Below are positions 52,813-64,000 of a stretch of 64,000 nucleotides of DNA, piece after piece; position 1 is the first letter of the stretch; every line of letters starts with the position of its first letter. Source of the stretch: an uncultured delta proteobacterium. Its GTDB lineage: Bacteria > Myxococcota > Myxococcia > SLRQ01. Location of the stretch: contig CAVSGM010000002.1 of NCBI GenBank assembly GCA_963727485.1, positions 352,001 through 416,000 of the forward strand. The letters are read 5' to 3'. A program made the translations under genes and the position numbers. The notes under the pieces are model-generated. The model ran no database searches, was not told the DNA's origin, and worked only from the letters and a program-made list of their open reading frames with translations.

Positions 52813-54026
52813 TTAGGTGATTGCACGGAGAAAATGAGGCAAGAAGGAGATCAGGGTGCCGGGGATGGTCGCGGGCCGGCGTCGGGCAAGTAGGCCACCC
52901 GGAAGGCATGATAAGGCCGGTGGTACGGGGGTCCGGGGTGAGCCCGTTGGGGTACGGCCTCTTGGCCGTGTTACGGAGGATGATGGTATGGCTCTGGAGC
53001 TCAGAGAAGTGCAAGAGGATGTCGGCGCGCTCGGCCGGCGCCATGACCATCGTCGACTGGGGCACGGCGCCGCGAGGAGGATGTCGCTGTGATCTGACAC
53101 ATGGTAGTCTCAGAGGAGAGGAAGAGGTAGTAGAACAGAGAGTTGGAGCTGTTGAGGATATGGAGGTGATAGAGGCGCGGCTCCACGTAGAGGAACGGCT
53201 ACGCTATGTCGTAGACGAGGATTACGTTGCTGAAGAACTCCGGCACACGGAGGGCACGTCTGTGCGTTGGTGAGGGTAGTAGATCATGGGCGCTAGGTAG
53301 TAGAGGGAGCTGTCGGTGCGGAAGGCGTGGTACTGGATCACTAGGGGCACCTCGTAGTCGCGCTGGGCAGGTTCAGGGCGTACTCGGTGGCGTCACGGAT
53401 GAGGTAGAAGCTAGCGAGCGAGGCGTAGACGTTGAGATGGGTGATGGCTATGGCGTGGTAGTGGTACCAGAGCGTCGCCGGGCTGGTAGTTAGGGTAGTA
53501 GTAGGAGAAGATGGGAGTCTGGCTGGGGCAGTAACAGTACTTGGGGTTGCAGTCGCTGTAGTAGGGGAAGTGGCTTTAGTGGAGGTGGGTGACGACTAGG
53601 GTCTCGCAGGGCGCGTCGCTCACGGTGTGGGTGGCGTAGAGGGTCAGGGTGGGGTCCACGGGGAGCAGGTGGACGGGGGGCAAGTCGTTCTCGCACCAGA
53701 CCTTGATGGGCGTGCCGGTGCGGGCCTCGATGGTCGGCCCCGGGAAGGAGCCGCCGTAGCCCCAGACGGTGGTCAGCAGCGGGGCCCCGGTGACCGGGTC
53801 GTAGATACCGAGGTGCTGCTGGAACTCGGTCATCGCCAGGCGGTAGGTCTCGACGCCGTCGATCGACTGGGCCGCGGGCAGCGGCGTGGCCACGGCGGGG
53901 CGCGGGAGCGGGTTGATGAACTGGGGCTGGGTGTGCGGATCGAGCGGCGGCGCCTGGGCCACGGCCGGGAGCACGAGGACGAGGAGAGGAGATGAGCGCC
54001 AGGAGGCGCAAGGCGAGCGTACCCAT
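52813..54026 (-). pseudogene. Multicopper oxidase (CotA/bilirubin oxidase-like), truncated and heavily substituted
   Basis: WGYGGSFPGPTIEA, VTHLH*, TLWYHYHA, PEFF, APAERADI; no third cupredoxin domain. Confidence 0.8.
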
Positions 54027-54303
54027 GGTTTCCCCCCGTAGCCGGCGGCCGGGGATCGGGCGCCGGCCAAAGCACCGCCGAGCCGCAGTGGACTGCCGGC
54101 GGCGGCGGCAACGGCTGCATTGGCGGTGCCGACGAGTCGGCCCGCGTCCGCGGCGGCGCCATTCCCGTGCGGGCACGCCGACTTCGCGGAGGCGCGGCCG
54201 TAGCCACTCCCGGCAGGGGTGCACCGGATGACGGCCGGGGCCCAGCCGGCGTGACTAATGTTGTACCTGGTGCCTGCACGAGGGGATGTTCCCGGCGGGG
54301 CCA

Positions 54304-57300
54304 TCACACCGCCGAGAAGGCGACCACGGCGTCGCCGTCCACCCGGGTCTCGAACCAGCCGTCGCCCACGCGCACCCGGCGCCCGGCGACCTCGACCACC
54401 CGCTCGGCCGACCCGTCCCCGCCGGCGACCGCGGCCGCCGCCTTCGCCGCCAGCAGCCGCGCCACCCCCTCGAAGGCCCCGCCCTCCTGCTGGTCGAGGA
54501 GCCGGCGCTCGCCGGCGTCGAGGCGCCTTGCCACCTCCGCGTCCTCCACCGGGGCGATGGGGACGAGGGCGATGCCCACCGGCCGCCCCTCGGCGGCGAC
54601 GGCGACGCTGCGATCGCCGAGGTGGGCCACCGCCACCCGCAGGTCCCGGCCGCCGATGGCCGCCCGCAAGAGCCCCGCGTCGTCGCCCTCGATGGGCACC
54701 TCCACCGGGAAGAGCGGCCCCTCGCCGCCCTCCCAGAGGAGGCGCCGGACCGCGTCCTTGGCGGCGATGCGCCCGTGGAGGAACCACCGCTGGCGCCTGG
54801 GCCCGGCCTCGAGCATCGCCACCCGCTCGGCCTCCCCGAGGTAGCGGCGCATGAGCCAGTCGCGGCTCGGGGGCCGGTGCTCGGCGTCGTCGTAGAGGAC
54901 GTAGGCGGCGGGGATCTGGCAGAGGAGGTTGTCCTCGGGCTTGCGGAGCACCGACCACAGGCGCACGTCGCTGGGGAAGCGGTGGTCGGTCCAGCCCTGG
55001 ATCCGGGCCCAGACCCGGTCGCCGGCGGCGAGCACCAGGTCGCCCCGGACCTCCCGGGCGTCGATGGCGGTGATCCGCACCTCGCAGCGCAGCCGCGTGC
55101 CCACCGCCGGGTGGGGCCCGAAGACCTCCAGGCGATCGACGCCCACGGGCATCGCCAGGCGGTCCTCGTTGCGGGTGTCCATGACCCAGTAGCCGAAGAG
55201 CTGGCCGGCGCTGTCGAGGAGGGCCCCGGGGCCCTCGGGGGTGACGAGCTCGCCCTCGACCCCGTCGTCGCCGACCTGGCCGATGGCGGCGACGCCCTGG
55301 TAGCGCGGCCCGTGGAACATCCACCGCTCGGCGTAGAGCTCGGCGGCGTCGATGGCCGCCGGGTGCGGGCTGGTCAGGGGCGGCACCGCCGGCGCCGGGG
55401 CCTCGGGGTACGCCGGGGCGAGGATCACCGTGGCCCGGGCGTAGTCGTCGACGCGGACGGTGACCCGGTCCGGCCCCGCGGGCTCCACCGTGAAGGTGAC
55501 CTCCACCGGGGGGTGGACGTCGATCCAGCGGAAGGCCCGGAGCTCCTCGAGGGCCACCGCCACCCGCCCGGGCGCCGCCGCCTCGGCCGCCTCCATCATC
55601 AGGCCGATGGTCATGGTCATGGGGACCACCGGCCGGCAGTCCGAGCGCACCGGCCACCCCTCGGGCTGGGGGAAGAAGCTGTGGTCCCGGAGCGCCGGGA
55701 CCGTGTCCACCGAGAAGGTCCGGGTCTGGCTCACCGACGCCGGCGCGCCCCCCTGCCCCGGCCGCGCCTGCCAGGCGTCGAGGGCCCGGAGGACGTCGTC
55801 CCGGGCGAGGTCGAGGGCCCGCAGGGTCTCGGCGGCCTCGGTGAACACCACGCCGGCGCCCCGGGGCACCGGCCGCTTGGGCCCCGCGCCCAGCTCCAGG
55901 GGCGGCAGATCGACGGTGACCGCCGGCGCCCCGAGGGGGATGCGCAGGGGCCGGCCGCGGCGGCGGTGGCCCGGGATCAGGGGCCCGAGGTCCATCTCCA
56001 CGCCCTCGACCCAGAGCGCCAGCGCCAGGTTCCGCAGCTGGGCCAGCCCCGGGCGCCTCGCCACGTTGGCGCTCACCGCCAGGTGGGGCCGGCCCCGGAG
56101 GGTGTCCTCGACGAAGCCCTGGAGGCGCCCGGTGCCCACCTGGACGAAGTGGCGGAAGCCCTGGTCGTGGAGGTTGAGCAGGAGCTCCCGGAAGCGCACC
56201 GGCTCCACCAGGTGACGCAGGGCCAGGGCCCGGATGGCCTCGGGCTCCGCCGGGAACGGGGCGCAGGTCGTCGCCGACCACACCGGGGGATCGCCTGGGC
56301 CCAGGGGCAGGCGGGTGAAGTGGTCCCGGTGGGGGCCGAGGTAGCCCTCGAAGAGGGGCGAGTGGAAGCCCGAGCGGAACGGGAGCACCTGGCAGAGGAC
56401 CCCGCCCGCGACCAGGCGCTCCCGGGCGGTGTTGATGGCCGCCTCCCGGCCGCAGAGGATCACCTGGTGGGGGCAGTTGTCGTGGGAGACGGCGATGCCG
56501 TCGAGGCCCTCGATGGCCCGGCTGGCGACGTCGACGCCGCAGCCGGCGGCGGCGAAGAGGACCCCGGGGACCTCCAGGGTGCCGGCGCGCAGGGTCCCGA
56601 TGAAGGCGTCGGCGGCGTCCTCGCCGATGGCGCCGCTGACGATCATGGCCGTCCACTCGCCGATGCTGTGGCCGGCGACCGCGTCGGGGGTCAGGCCCAG
56701 CTGCCGGAGCACCCGGTCGAGGAGGCGGCTGACCCCGACGATGCCCATCCCCTGCTCCTCGATGCCCTCGGCCTCGAGGAAGGGCGGGAGCGGCAGCTCG
56801 AAGCGCTCGGCGACGTCCTCGACCCTCGGCTCGAAGGCGGCGTCGACCCCGGGGAAGAGGAAGGCGACCTTGCCGCCGCCGGTGCCCAGCGCCCGGGGGC
56901 TGAACCAGATGCCCTCCCGGCCGCGCCACGGGGCGCCGGTCTCGATCACCCGCCGGGCCCGGGCGAGGCGCGCCGGGGTCGGGTCCACCAGGGCGAGGCG
57001 CACCGGGCCCGCGACCTCGGGGGCCCCGGGGTCCGCGCCCGGGTCGTCGCCGACGCCCACCGGGGCGCCCTGATCCGCGGCCTCGAGGCGGGCGAGGAGC
57101 CCGGCGGCGTCCGCGGCGGCCAGGCGGAGGACCGGGCGGTCGGTGCCGTCCTCGGGGCGGGGCCGGCGCCGGCGCTCCCGGACGCCGTGGGAGGCGAGCA
57201 CCACGTGGGCGTTGATGCCCCCGAAGCCGAACGCGTTCACCCCGGCCACCCGTCCGTCGCCCTCCCAGGGCTCGGCGGCGGCGGTGACCCGGAACCGGGT

Positions 57301-58564
57301 GCCGGCGAGATTCTGCGTGGGGGCTCTCGCAGTTCAGGCTCGGCGGGCGCACCCCGTGGTGGACCGCGAGGACGGTCTTGACCAGCCCCGCGGCCCCGGC
57401 GGCGGGCATGGCGTGGCCGATCATGGACTTCACCGATCCCAGGACCGCCCGCGCGCCGTCCGCGGGGCCGAAGACCCGGCGGAGGGTCTCGAGCTCGGCG
57501 GCGTCGCCTGCGGGGGTGGCGGTGCCGTGGCCCTCGACGAGGCCCACGGTGGCCGGGTCCAGGCCCGCTTCGTGCCAGGCGCGCGCGAGGGCGGCGACCT
57601 GCCCGTCGACCCTGGGGGCCATGGGGCTCGCGGCCCGGCCGTCGCTCGAGGAGCCCACGCCCCGGATCACCGCGTAGATCCGGTCGCCGTCGTGCTCGGC
57701 CCGATCGAGGCGCTTGAGGAGGACCATGCCGCAGCCCTCGCCCACCAGCAGGCCGTCGGCGCCCCGGTCGTAGGGGCGGATGGCGCCGGTGCGCGAGAGG
57801 GCCCCGAGCTGGGCGAAGACGCTCCAGAAGGTCGCGTCCTGGACCAGGTGGATGCCCCCGGCGAGGACCAGGTCGGCGCGGCCGCTGCGCAGCAGGGTGA
57901 CGCCCTGCTCCACCGCCACCAGGGCCGAGGCGCAGGCGGCGTCCACGGTGTAGGCGGGCCCCCGGAGGTCCAGGCGGCTGGCGATCCGCGAGGCGGCGAG
58001 GTTGGGGACCAGGCCGATGGCGGTGTCGGGACCGAAGGTCCCGGCGCCGGCGCGCCAGGCCCGGCGGACCCGGTCGAGGGTGCCCTCGTCGAGGTCCGGG
58101 ACCAGGTGCCGCAGGAGATCGACGACCTCGCCGGCGCCCCGGACGTTCTGGAAGAGGCGGGTGAGCCCGGGGGTGAGGTAGCCGCCGCGGCCGAGGATCA
58201 CCGCGGCCTTGTCCCGGGGGAGCTCCCGGCCCTCGTAGCCCGCGTCGGCCACGGTGCGGGCGGCGACCTCGAGGGCGAGGAGCTGGTCGGGCTCGGCGCC
58301 CTCGGCGGCGACGGGCATGACGCCGAAGCCCAGGGCGTCGAAGTCGAAGGCCTCGCCGAGGAACCCCCCGCGGAGGGTCGGCAGGCGGTCGACCTCGTTG
58401 GAGGCCGGGTCGAGGTAGTGGCGCGGGAGGCGGCCCGGGGGCGCCTCGGTGATGGCGTCCTTCCCCGCCTCGACGTTGCGCCAGAAGACGTGGACGTCCG
58501 AGGCGCCGGGGAACACGCCGCCGACGCCGATGACGGCGACCTGGTCGTCGGGGGCGCGGGGCAT
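54304..58564 (-). CDS. Iterative type I PKS subunit KS-AT-DH-PPTase-like (frameshift near 57310)
   Basis: DAACAS, GHGTAT, KSMIGH, NAFGFGG; GHSIG, GFHS; DHSF..PVVP, MFHGPRY; GRIAAKDAVR; TGATG coupling to the upstream PKS. Confidence 0.9.
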
Positions 58565-61500
58565 CAGCGCAGGCGGTCGGGGTGGGCGCGCATCAGGATC
58601 ACCTGGGGGCCGTCGCCCCGGGCGATCGCCTCGAGGAGGCGGTCGACGCCGTCCTCGGGGTCGATGAGGCCGATGCCCCGGCGGCCGTACTCGGCCTCGA
58701 GCTCGGGGGTGACCATGCCGCCGCCGGCCCACGGGCCCCAGTTCACCGAGATCACCCGGCCGGCGCGGTGGCCGTCGAGGGCGTGGGCGAGCTTGTCGAG
58801 GACGTCGTTGGCCGCCGCGTAGTCCCCCTGGCCCCTGTTCCCGAAGGCCGAGGCGATGCTGGAGAAGAAGACCAGCCGGGGCTCCGGGGGCAGGCGCTCG
58901 GCGAGGGTGAGGGCGCCGGTGACCTTGGTGTCGAAGACCCGGCGGAAGCTCTCCTCGGTCTTGTGGCGCAGGAGCTTGTCCTCGTTCACGCCGGCGCCGT
59001 GGATCACCAGGTCCAGGCGGCCGTGGCGGGCGAGGACGTCGTCGAGGACGGCGCCGAAGGCCACCGGGTCCCGGACGTCCACCGAGTGGTACTCGACCCC
59101 GGCGCCGGTGGCCTCGAGGGCGGCCAGGGTCATGCGGATCTCCCGATCGGCGAGGATGCGCCGGGCCAGGCGGCCGGCCTCGCCCGGGGTCTTCGCCTGG
59201 CCGAGCTCCACCAGGGCGGCCCGGAGCTCGACCTCGGTGCGCGCCGCGGCCAGGGCCTTCGGCTCGCTCCCGCTCGGGCGCGGGGAGCGGCCCAGGAGGA
59301 TGAGCGTGGGCGCGTGGCGCTCGGCGAGGGCCCGGGCGACCCGGGCGGTGATGCCCCGGGCGCCGCCGGTGAGCAGCACCACCGCCTCGCGGTCGAGGTC
59401 GAGGGGCACCGCGTCGACCTCGACGGCGTCGGCGACCGGATCCAGGCGGACCCGGGCCCCGCGGTCCCAGCCCACCTCGACCAGGTCGTCCTCGGAGCCG
59501 AGCTCGGCGACGAGGTGGGCCGCCAGGGCGCTGGCGTCCTCACCGGGGTCGAGGTCGACGCAGCGGACCCGGGCCGCCGGCCACTCCTTGGCCATGGTCT
59601 TGGTGAGGCCGGCGAGGCCCCCGGCGGCCAGCGGGTCGTGGCCGTTCATCGCCAGGCCCAGGCGTCCGCCGAGGGCCGTGGCCGTGAGGACCACGCCGGT
59701 GCCGCCCTCGAGGGCGGTGCGGGCGAGGTCGGCGACGGCGAAGATGCGGCGCCCCGGATCGAGATCGGCCGGGCGCCCGAGGGTGTGGAGGAGCACCAGG
59801 GCGTCGCAGCCGGCGACCGCGGCGGCGTCGCCCTCGGGGGCGACGGGGACGACCTCGGCGCCGGCCTCGGCGAGCCCCGCGGCGAAGGCGTCGGCGACGC
59901 CCTGGTCGTCGGCGGTGAGGGCCACCCGGCGGCCGGCCAGGGGCCAGTCGGCCCTCGGCGACGGGGCCGGGGTGAGCGCAAAGCGGTAGCGGGTGGTGCG
60001 CGCGGGGACCGGGGGGCCGTCGGTGTCGCCCGGGGCCCCGTCCTCGGCGACGGGGCGCGCCTCCGCGGGGGTCACCTCGCCCGCGTCGCCCGCGTCGGGC
60101 GCCGCGCCTTCGTCGGACGCCGCGCCCTCGCCCTGCGTCGCGCCGGCGCCGCCGGCCTCCCCGTGCCCGGGCGCCCTGCCCTCGACCCAGGTGAGGATCC
60201 CGCGCAGGGTCTTCACCCCGGCCAGGGCCTCGACCACCGCGTCCCGATCGGCCTCGCTGGCGCCGCCGAGGCCCAGGCGCTCGGAGAGCACCCCGAGGAT
60301 CTCGATGCGCTTGATGGAGTCGATGGAGAGGTCGGCCTCGAGATCGAGGTCGAGGTCGAGCATCGCCGCCGGGTAGCCGGTGCGCTCGCTGACCACCTCC
60401 AGGAGCACCTCGCCCGGCGACGCGGTGGGGCCGGCCTCGGCGGGGGCGTCGGGGGCGGTCGTGGACGCCGGGAGGGCCTCGACGGCGGCCGCGGGCGCGA
60501 CGTCGACGGTGCGCGGCCGGGCCGGGAGCTCGGTCCCGAGGAAGGCCAGCATCACGTCGCGCTGGCTCTCGGCGAGGGACCGGACGCCCCGGAGGTACTC
60601 GACGACCGCGGTCTCCCCGGGGTCGCTGGGCGCCTCGGCCGCGGTCGCCGAGGCGGCGAGGCCCAGGGGCGCCTCGAGGGGGCGGAGGCCGTGGGCCGGG
60701 ACCGGGCCGGCGACCGGGCGCGCCCGGTGGCCGTCCACCTGCCACACCGAGGCGCGCCGTGCGGGCGGCGTGGCCTCGAGGTCGAGGGCGCCGACGCTCC
60801 GGCCGGCGAAGAGGCGCGTCGGGTCGACCGGGAAGCCCGCGGCGGCGAGGCTGGCGAGGGCCTCCAGGAGGCCGGTGAGGCCGTCGGCGGCGGCGCCCTC
60901 GAGGGGCACCACCCGGTGGGGCCGGTCGCCGAGGATCTTCCCCACCAGGCCCGAGAGGATCCGGCCCGGGCCCACCTCCACGAAGGTGCGGGCGCCGGCG
61001 GCGTACATGGCCTCGATCTCCTCCACGAAGCGCACCGGCCGGGCCACGTGGGCGGCGAGGGTGCGCCGGAGGGCGTCGGGGTCCGGGTCGTGGGGCGCGG
61101 CGCGGGTGTTGGAGAACACCGGGAGGCGCGGGGCCGCGACCGCGACCTCGGCGAGGCGGGACAGGAGCGCCGCCTCGGCCCCGGCGACCACCGGGGAGTG
61201 GAAGGCGCAGGCCACGGGGATGGCCTTGGCGCCGATGCCCGCCGCCGAGAGGCGCCCCATCGCCGCCTCCACCGCGGGGGTGGGCCCGGCGATGACCGTC
61301 TGGCGCGGGGCGTTGAGGTTCGCCAGGACCACCGAGGCGTCGTCACCGAGGGCCGCGCGGACCGAGTCGGCGTCGGCGGCGGCGGCGGCCATGGTCCCCG
61401 GGTCGTCCCCGGCGGCGGCGAGGATGGCCTCGGCCCGGGCCTCGGAGAGGGCCAGGAGGTCGTCGGGGGTGAGGCTCCCGGCGACGGTGAGGGCGACGAG

Positions 61501-64000
61501 CTCGCCGTAGCTGTGACCCGCGAGCATCGCCGGGGCGAGACCCAGATCCGCGAGGAGCTCGGCGGCGGCGAGCTCGACCACGCCGAGGGCCGGCTGGGCC
61601 ACCCGGGTGTCGGTGATCGCCGCCCGCTGGGCCTTCATCGCCGCCGGGTCGTAGGCGGTGGGCGGGAGGATCCGGTCGAGCCACTTCGCCCCCCGGGCCA
61701 GGTGGCGCCTGGAGCGCCGGGAAGGCGACGAAGAGGTCGGCGAGCATCCCCGGGCGCTGGGCGCCCTGCCCGGGGAAGAGGAACGCGAGCGCCCCGGCGT
61801 CGGCGCCGGCATCGGCGAGGTGGACCCCGGGCGCCGCCCTCCCCGGCCCGCGCCGCGTCGAGCTTGCTCGAGCAGATCGGCGTGGCTCCGGGCGACGACG
61901 GCGACCTGGACCGGACCTTCGCCCCGGCGCGCCACCGCGGCGGCCGAGATCCCGGAGCGGCGGCGGCACCTCGGCGGCGGCCTGGCGGGCCACCCGATCG
62001 AGGTCGGCCCGGTCGCGGAAGAGGAAGAGCTCGGCGGGCCAGGCGGCGCGCCCGGTCGCGGGCGCGGGGCCGTCGTGGCTCGCCAGCACCGCGTGGAAGT
62101 TGGTGCCCCCGAAGCCAAACGCGCTCACCCCGGCGTAGCGCGGCTCGGCGACCCAGGGCCGCGCCTCGCGCAGAAGCGAGAAGGGGCTGGTCGACGGGTC
62201 CCAGGCGGGGTTCGGGCGCTCGACGTGGAGGGTGGGCGGCCGCACCCGGTGGTGCAGCGCCAGGGACGCCTTGATGACCCCGGCGAGGCCGGCGGCGCAC
62301 TTGGTGTGGCCGATGTTCGACTTCACCGAGCCCAGGGTGGCGCTGGCCGGGGTGGCCCCGGCGGCGCCGAAGACCTCGGTGAGGGTGGCGAGCTCGGTGC
62401 GGTCGCCGACCACGGTGCCGGTGCCGTGGGCCTCCACCAGCCCCACCTCGGCCGGGGAGACCCCGGCCATGTCGTAGGCCCGCTCCACCGCCCGCATCTG
62501 GCCCTCCTTGCGGGGGGCGGTGAGGCCCAGCGCCCGGCCGTCGGAGGAGCCGGCGACGCCCTTGACCACCGAGTAGATCCGGTCGCCGTCGCGCTCGGCG
62601 TCCTCGAGGCGCTTGAGGACCACCACCGCCACCCCCTCCCCGAGCGCGATGCCGTCGGCCTCGGCGTCGAAGGTGCGCGCACCGGCCCTTGCGCGAGAGG
62701 GCGTGGGTGGAGGCGAAGAGGAGGTAGTCGCCGATGGCGTTGTGGAGGTCGGCGCCGCCGCAGAGGACCACGTCGCTCTGGCCGGCGCGCAGCTCCTTCA
62801 CCGAGAGGTCGAGGGCGGCGATGGACGAGGCGCAGGCGGCGTCCACGGTGTAGTTGACCCCGCCGAGGTCCAGGCGGTTGGCGATGCGCCCGGCGATGAC
62901 GTTGGCGAGCACCCCGGGGAAGCTGTCCTCGGTGAGGCTGGGGAGGGCCTCGTCGAGGGCCGGGGGCAGCTCGCCGACCACCCCGGGCCACAGGGCGCGG
63001 AAGCCGTAGGCGCTGGCGAGGTCGGTGCCCGCCTCGGCGCCGAAGATCACCGAGGCCCGGCTCCGGTCGAGATCCCGGTGGGCGTAGCCGGCGTCGTCGA
63101 GGGCCCGGCGCGCCGCCTCGAGGGCGAGGAGCTGCACCGGCTCCACCGCCGCCAGGGAGTTGGGCGGGATGCCGTAGTCGAGGGGATCGAAGTCGATGGC
63201 GTCGAGGAAGCCGCCCCACTTGGACGGGGTCTTGGTCCCGTCGTTGGACTCGGGGTCGTAGTAGATGGCCGGGTCCCAGCGCTCCCGGGGCACCTCGGTG
63301 ACGCAGTCGGTGCCGTCGACCACGTTGGCCCAGAAGGCGTGGACGTCCGGGGAGCCCGGGTAGAAGCAGCTCATGCCCACGATGGCCACGTCGGCGGGCC
63401 GCGGGGCCGGTCGCTTCCGCAGCGGCGGCGGGTCCGGGAGGTGGGCGAGGCGCTCGGTGGCCCCGGCGCTGACCTCGGCGTGGAGCTCGGCGACGGTGGT
63501 CACCGCGTCGCGCAGCGCCGCCACCTGCCCGATCATGAACATCCCCTCCTCGGCCTGGTCCGCGGCGTCGACCTCGATGAGGGCGTCGCCGTCGCGGCGG
63601 ACGCCCTTGGCGGCGATGCGCAGGCGCCCGAGGTTGAGCTGCTCGAGCTCGGCCCAGACGTCGTCGGCGGGGCGGCCCTCGTCCTCGAGGCGCGCACGGG
63701 TGGCCTCGAAGTGGCGGACGTAGGGCCCGTCGACGCACCGGGTGGCGTGGCCCGGGGCGGTCTGGAGGCACCGGGTCTCCTCGCAGGCCAGCGCCGCCGC
63801 CTGGAAGCCCGGGAGGATGGCCCCGGCGCTCACCGCCTCCTCGGTGAAGAGGTAGGCGGTGCCCATGAGGACCCCGAGGCGCGCGCCCCGGGCGGCGAGC
63901 GGCGCGGCCAGCGCCGCGACCATGGCGGCGCTCACGTCGTCGTGGATGCCCCCGGCGAAGAGGACCTCGACCTCGGGGAGCGCCTCGAAGGCCAGGAGCT
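58564..64000 (-). CDS. Iterative type I PKS subunit ER(FabK/PfaD-like)-KS-AT-ACP-KR (5' end outside window; several frameshifts at 61.7-62.7 kb)
   Basis: AGGIHD..LMGTAYLFT; DAACASS, HGTGT, KSNIGH; GHSYG, AFHS; LSIDSIK; TGGARGIT, YAAAN, NWGPW. Confidence 0.9.

Noticed and set aside
52900..53700. Low-GC foreign insert, or a small Tyr/Cys/Ser-rich RiPP precursor (e.g. ORF 53001..53186)
   Set aside because: It translates collinearly as the middle of the multicopper oxidase; the odd composition comes from G substitutions.
53576..58732. Apparent 1718-aa KS-multicopper oxidase fusion
   Set aside because: The middle 1000 or so residues are off-frame Arg/Pro/Gly-rich text after a frameshift near 57310. 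The PKS continues in the 54304..57249 frame.
58582..62274. Very long antisense ORFs (also 54286..57381, 23713..26151, 18397..20352, 7563..9530)
   Set aside because: Shadow frames expected opposite real genes in high-GC DNA; no recognisable motifs.

Overview
Very GC-rich bacterial DNA, most likely Myxococcota (TIGR02266-type PilZ protein, PilA-like pilin domain, Cys-rich lipoproteins). Many genes are broken by 1-bp indels that look like long-read consensus errors, so several CDS below were stitched across frames. Layout: (1) 1-27 kb, housekeeping and catabolism: miaB, a CoxE-like VWA protein, an orphan ParA with two PilZ proteins, thiolase, acetoacetate-CoA ligase, a methyltransferase/ABC locus, and a leucine/branched acyl-CoA cluster with a B12 mutase carrying isobutyryl-CoA-mutase-type residues. 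(2) 27.4-37 kb, surface proteins: four tandem Cys-rich repeat lipoproteins (a duplicated two-gene unit), a DUF4190-pilin and an IPT/TIG protein with a CX4CH heme motif. (3) 37-64 kb, a Pfa-like iterative type I PKS (glyco)lipid cluster whose ACP/hydrolase/GT/MT genes are separated from the PKS genes by about 12 kb. That gap holds the best candidate for an undescribed system: four genes in two divergent pairs with four radical SAM domains, three Gfo/Idh/MocA-like domains and a DUF483-like Cys domain. Next to it is a truncated multicopper oxidase with strand-specific loss of G. No rRNA, tRNA, CRISPR-cas or transposase was recognised. All family calls come from reading motifs by eye; no searches were run.
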